DNA from: Malacoraja senta
Taxonomy: Eukaryota
Length of the DNA: 26,526 nt
Reading direction: 5' to 3'
NCBI GenBank assembly: GCA_038087875.1
Contig: JAXLNO010000405.1
Coordinates: forward strand, 62,001-88,526
In this document: positions 21,047 to 26,526 of the stretch, piece by piece
Position numbering within the stretch: position 1 is the first letter of the stretch
Layout: every line of letters starts with the position of its first letter
Made by a program: the position numbers and the translations under genes
The notes under the pieces: generated by a model
Told to the model about the DNA's origin: nothing
Seen by the model: the letters and a program-made list of their open reading frames with translations, nothing else
Databases searched by the model: none

Positions 21047-21810
21047 AACCAAGACCCAAGAGATGGTTGTTAACTTTGGCAGGTCCAATCTCCCCCTTCA
21101 GCCGGTTAACACTGCAGGGGTGGACATTGAGGTGGTGCAGACATATAAATATCTGGGAGTGCACCTTGATAACAAACTGGACAGGTCTGTCAACACCGAT
21201 GCCCTCTACAAAAAAGGACAGAGCAGACTCTTTTTCCTCAGAAGGCTAAGATCCTTCAATGTGCACAATGACATGCTGTACCTGTTCTACTATACTGTGG
21301 TTGCAAGTGTCATTTTCTACGCTGTTGTATGCTGGGGCAACAACATCAGTGATAAAAAACAGCAAGAAATTGGACACGCTGGTAAAACGAGCTAGCACAG
21401 TGCTGGGAGGGAGAGTGGACTCTGGGGTGGATGTGCTTGAGAGGCATATGAGGAGCAAGTTGCAGGTCATCCTCAACAACTCCGGGCACCCCCTCCATGA
21501 AATTCTGGAGGGTCAATAGAGCAGACGGAACAACAACCGACTCCTCTCCCAGCGCTGTAGAACAGGGCGGTTCAGGAGATCCTTCACCCCTGTAGCCATT
21601 AGATTTTATAATAGGCTGTATGGGGATGCTTTGCATTTTTAATAGTTAATTATTGGGTCTTTATAAGTATTTATTGCGTTCAGGTATTGACCGTATAGTT
21701 CTTTAGGTATTTTTTGTCTGTCTTCGTTCTGAATGTGTGGGTTTGTTGGTTGTTGGCTCTTGGACATCTGAATTTCCCCGAGGGGATCAATAAAGTATTT
21801 ATTATTATTA
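21047..21810 (+). mobile_element. Rex1/Babar-clade LINE 3' fragment
   Basis: KTQEMVVNF...YKYLGVHLDNKL...KKGQSRLFFLRRLRSF...VVCWG, frameshift near 21355, RCRTGRFRRSF.P.AIR.YN, ending ggatcaataaagta(tta)n. Confidence 0.88.
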
Positions 21811-22494
21811 CTTCCAAACTGACAAACATTGTAAACATAAAGAAAGATTTGTGTGGCTATTTTTAAATCATGAATGAAGGATGTGCATAAATTTACAAGA
21901 TCTCCATGTAGAATATTTCCTGGAACAGAAGCATCAAACACCAGCAATATAGAGGAGATGGGAAAAACACCCCATTGAAAACAAAAAGGTACGGTATACC
22001 TCTAACTCAAGAACCAAATAACAAGCGCAGGAGTAGACCACCTGGCTGGCTCCTCGTGTCTGCCCTGCATTCCAAATGCCTTTTAGCTGATCTACCCAAA
22101 GACCCAATTCATCATCTGTGCCAGATCCTCGAAGCTTCCAAATCCCCTGATCACCGTCTCATTATTCCAGACCAAACAAGGTCAATCCAAATCCACGCCT
22201 CATCTGTTTGGAGGTGTCAACTCACAGAGAAAGGGAGGAAGCACCCTTGAATGGGGAATTACCGCCACACTCTGCTGGCCCTCTTCCAAACACAACCCTG
22301 CCATCCAGGACGAAAGCTTTCACACCACCATGACACTCACTAACTGGAAGGGGAAATAAACCATTTCACGGGCCAACTGCAAACATCCCAACTCTACTGG
22401 AAACTGCAGTCCCCACTGTAATACAAATATATTGTCTTATTTATATTTTTATTTATCTAATATATTTATCATTATATTTATTTAATATATTTAT

Positions 22495-22640
22495 CATTAA
22501 TGTTTTATTATTATTAATGTTTAGTGTTTTCTGAGTCATTCGTAACTGTCACTGTATGTCATGTTGTTACTTGTGGGCGGAGCACCAAGGCAAATTCCTT
22601 GTATGTGAATACTTGGCCAATAAACGTACTTACTTACTTA
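22495..22640 (+). mobile_element. Non-LTR retroelement 3' UTR end
   Basis: caaattccttgtatgtgaatacttggccAATAAA followed by (tact)n tail. Confidence 0.6.
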
Positions 22641-22686
22641 ATACATTACAAGACAATAATATACAACAATATACAATATAATACAA

Positions 22687-23460
22687 CTAGACTAAATGGG
22701 ACCCGTTGGGTCCCATGTTCACACGGGAGGGCTGGTCCCCCAAAGCAATATTCCACCTCTCCACCAATCCCCCCTCTTCTGTGTCCCTCTCTGCTCCACC
22801 CTCCTCCTACTCTTCCACCCCCCTTCCCCCCCCCCCTAACGGTTCATCGCCGCAGTTAATCGTTTCCGCCGCTGTTAACCGCTCCTAACCTGACAGCTGG
22901 AACCTGTCGTCCGTGAAGCCCCGTCGGAGGTCGACATCCCCAACACGTCTTGGCCTCAGAGACTTGGCAGCCGTTCTCCCCGTTAAACTCATCTTTGGTG
23001 AACGAGAGTCCGACTGTCTCGGAAATCTGAAATAAAGACCCACAGATGCTGCAAATGTGAAATAAAGACCCGCAGATGCTGCAAATGTGAAATAAAGACC
23101 CGCAGATGCTGCAAATGTGAAATAAAGACCGGCAGATGCTGCAAATGTGAAATAAAGACCCGCAGATGCTGCAAATGTGAAATAAAGACCCACAGATGCT
23201 GCAAATGTGAAATAAAGACCCGCAGATGCTGCAAATGTGAAATAAAGACCCACAGATGCTGCAAATGTGAAATAAAGACCCGCAGATGCTGCAAATGTGA
23301 AATAAAGACCCGCAGATGCTGCAAATGTGAAATAAAGACCCGCAGATGCTGCAAATGTGAAAAAAAGACCCGCAGATGCTGCAAATGTGAAATAAAGACC
23401 CGCAGATGCTGCAGGTCTAAAATCAAAACCACAGGTGCTGCAGGTCTGAAATCAAACCGG
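22687..23460 (-). mobile_element. Helitron, 3' end at 22687; 5' end not located
   Basis: Reverse complement reads tgggacccaacgggtcccatttagtCTAG|T; ~84 bp near-identical to 10297-10380. Confidence 0.8.
23021..23458. repeat. 30-bp minisatellite, 12 near-perfect copies plus degenerate edge units
   Basis: Unit c(g/a)cagatgctgcaaatgtgaaataaagacc across 23041-23400. Confidence 0.98.
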
Positions 23461-23826
23461 AAAACACAACCTCAAGTTCCCATTTAGGTTGCACACCACC
23501 TCTACTTTAAAATATCGATGAGTCCAAATGGTGAACTCTCTCCCCCAACAGATCCTGTCACACATGGGTGGAATTGGCTGCTCACAATTTCTGCTCAAAT
23601 AAAACAAATGCTGTTCCGACACATAAACACAACTCAAACATTTAACACACATTTCTAATTCCAAGTAAGGTTACAATTGGCAAAGTCACGGGCTGTTAGG
23701 TGGTTAATTGGAATAAGTCTGGAAATTATTAACTGTATTGGAACTTTGATAAATTATTGGAAAGGCTAAATTTCACGAGAGCATCAATTGAGGTGTATAG
23801 AGTAATGAGATGAGGGATGAAAGGAG

Positions 23827-25316
23827 GAAACATAGAAACATAGACAATAGGTGCAGGAGGAGGCCATTCGGCCCTTCGAGCCTGCACCGCCATTCAATAT
23901 GATCATGGCTGATCATCCAACTCAGTATCCCGTACCTGCCTTCTCTCCATACCCCCTGATCCCTTTAGCCACAAGGGCCACATCTAACTCCCTCTTAAAT
24001 ATAGCCAATGAACTGGCCTCAACTACCCTCTGTGGCAGAGAGTTCCAGAGATTCACCACTCTCTGTGTGAAAAAGTTTTTCCTCATCTCGGTCTTAAAGG
24101 ATTTCCCCCTTATCCTTAAGCTGTGACCCCTTGTCCTGGACTTCCCCAACATTGGGAACAATCTTCCTGCATCTAGCCTGTCCAATCCCTTAAGAATTTT
24201 GTAAGTTTCTATAAGATCCCCCCTCAATCTTCTAAATTCCAGCGAGTACAAGCCGAGTCTATCCAGTCTTTCTTCATATGAAAGTCCTGCCATCCCAGGA
24301 ATCAATCTGGTGAACCTTCTCTGTACTCCCTCTATGGCAAGAATGTCTTTCCTCAGATTTGGAGACCAAAACTGTACGCAATACTCCAGGTGTGGTCTCA
24401 CCAAGACCCTGTACAACTGCAGTAGAACCTCCCTGCTCCCATACTCAAATCCTTCTGCTATGAATGCTAACATACCATTCGCTTTCTTCACTGCCTGCTG
24501 CACCTGCATGCCTACTTTCAATGACTGGTGTACCATGACACCCAGGTCTCGTTGCATCTCCCCTTTTCCTAATCGGCCACCATTTAGATAATAGTTTACT
24601 TTCCTGTTTTTGCCACCAAAGTGGATAACCTCACATTTATCCACATTATACTACATCTGCCATGCATTTGCCCACTCACCCAGCCTATCCAAGTCACCTT
24701 GCAGCCTCCTAGCATCCTCCTCGCAGCTAACACTGCCCCCAGCTTAGTGTCATCCGCAAACTTGGAGATGTTGCCTTCAATTCCCTCGTCCAAATCATTA
24801 ATATATATTGTAAATAGCTGGGTTCCCAGCACTGAGCCTTGCGGTACCCCACTAGTCACTGCCTGCCATTCTGAAAAGGACCCGTTTACTCCTACTCTTA
24901 GCTTCCTGTTTGCCAGACAGTTCTCTATCCACATCAATACTGAACCCCCAATACCATGTGCTTTAAGTTTGTATACTAATCTCTTATGTGGGACCTTGTC
25001 GAAAGCCTTCTGAAAGTCCAGATTAACACATCCACTGGTTCTCCCTTATCCACTCTACAAGTTACATCCTCGAAAAATTCTATAAGATTCGTCAGACATG
25101 ATTTACCTTTCGTAAATCCATGCTGACTTTGTCCAATGATTTCACCACTTTCCAAATGTGCTGCTATCCCATCTTTAATAACTGACTCTATTAAAGGTTA
25201 GACTAACTGGTCTGTAATTCCCTGTTTTCTCTCTCCCTCCCTTTTTAAAAAGGGGGGTTACATTAGCTACCCTCCAATCCTCAGGAACTACTCCAGAATC
25301 TAAAGAGTTTTGGAAG
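23827..25316 (-). mobile_element. 5'-truncated CR1 LINE, frameshifted
   Basis: [38 protein letters not shown]-terminus GYGEKAGTGY*, (TCTATGTT)n tail at 23827-23850. Confidence 0.95.
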
Positions 25317-25869
25317 AGGACCGCTTTCCCTGAGTAATTCGGTCCAAGACAGGATAGTACGGTGATACAGGAATTAGCTGAAAGATTGTAGACCTGGTGA
25401 AACGTTTCTCCCACCACAGGATCAGTACAGATGTGGAACTCAGCCAAAATTACCTTTGAAGAAACGTATACACTAAAATGTGTGCTTGAAGACTGCTTAC
25501 CAGAAGGTGGGATCTGACCGATGAACTCTTGCACAACCGGCAGACACTGTGGGGCGAATAACTGGCTTCCTCTGTCCTCAATGTATTGAAACCGCAAATG
25601 ACCAACAGTAGCTGGGGAGTGGAGGTACCACTGGTAGACAGAGTGATGAAGACAGGAACCCCAAGCACATTTACACTGGGTGGAGCTGGGCACCATGTTA
25701 TCTAATACAGCAAGGCACCATGTTAATTGTATAATAGTACAAACAACATTGACAGAATACAGCATTGCTGCTTCATTGTCTGCTGGCGAGGATGGTCTCA
25801 CATTTCCCACAGTCACCCCATCTTGCACCATGCTGTCACCCACCCACCCTGTCCCCATCCTGCCGAGCC

Positions 25870-25985
25870 CTCTCGACACCCTCCACACCCCATCCTCACC
25901 CTCCTGAACCCTCTCTTCACCCTCCACATCCCATCCCCACCCTATTGAACCCTCTGTACGTCCTCCACATCCCACCCCCTCTCCC
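25870..25985. repeat. Degenerate C-rich ~41-bp tandem repeat, ~3 copies
   Basis: cctccaca(c/t)ccca recurs at about 41-bp spacing. Confidence 0.7.
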
Positions 25986-26526
25986 AAACCCTCCGTGGAA
26001 AATGTTGTAACCTTGCTACTATAGGGAGGTTTCACGGCAGTCGGGTCACGACCCATGACCCATACTGTTGCTACGCTACGCCAAATGGATTACACGCGAT
26101 GAACCGCAGGTAAGCACTCACCATTGTTTCCAGCGTAGCGGGCCCGTTTAAACCCGCCGAAATTGTCAAATTTTGCTCTGTAAATAATTATGGAAATCGG
26201 GATAAGCGTGAGAGACATTTAGCCTACTCCAGAATTCAAAAAGTGAGAAGAAATGACAGTAGATAGAAGCGAGAGCTGAAGGGACAACAACAGCCAAAGT
26301 GCTTGGGGAACATTGGCCGTTTGCTCACTGCATTTCATCAACTAAGGCATTATATGTGTTTTTCCTTGATTCCTTTGTCATCTAAAAAGTTTCAGAAGGG
26401 ATAAATCTGGCTGTAAAATTTTAAAATCGCCCCTGGTTCTCAAGTGGGTTTTTACATACAAAATGAAAACGCCTCTGAAGCAAAATTTACAGACAGATTT
26501 ATCACTTCTGTGACTTTTTTAGAAAC

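Noticed and set aside
22250..22400. NF-kB-like GGGAATTACC and nearby GAAA motifs as the gene promoter
   Set aside because: Short imperfect matches expected by chance; no first exon located.
22885..23432. Repetitive ORFs (GLYFTFAASA)n and (HLQHLRVFIS)n
   Set aside because: Translations of the 30-bp minisatellite.
25870..25985. Relationship between this 41-bp repeat and the 41-bp minisatellite at 1225-1980
   Set aside because: Only tcccatcccc is shared (opposite strand); equal period is probably coincidence.
25175..26056. 293-aa minus-strand ORF as a gene
   Set aside because: Chimeric: runs through a C-rich repeat, an unknown segment and into CR1 ORF2.

Overview
Repeat-dense eukaryotic genomic DNA, not prokaryotic. 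The mix of CR1, L1, Rex/Babar, Penelope-like elements, HE1-like SINE ends and Helitrons suggests a cartilaginous fish such as a skate or ray (inference). Most of the window is transposable-element debris and tandem repeats, and nearly all ORFs in the supplied track come from these. Two phase-compatible minus-strand exons of a host gene lie among the repeats: an ATG exon at 11666-11574 and a 285-bp exon at 5257-4973. Their product recalls the N-termini of chondrichthyan NLR-like proteins (from memory, unverified). Other features: a complete non-autonomous Helitron with a 26-bp satellite and a promoter-like 5' module, two related Helitron fragments, a candidate solo LTR, hammerhead-ribozyme relics in Penelope-like elements, a 57-bp YY1-motif array, a ~2.1-kb tandem duplication, and TAG...CTA inverted termini 10.85 kb apart. 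I see no convincing wholly novel biological system; the hidden gene and the modular Helitrons are the best leads.
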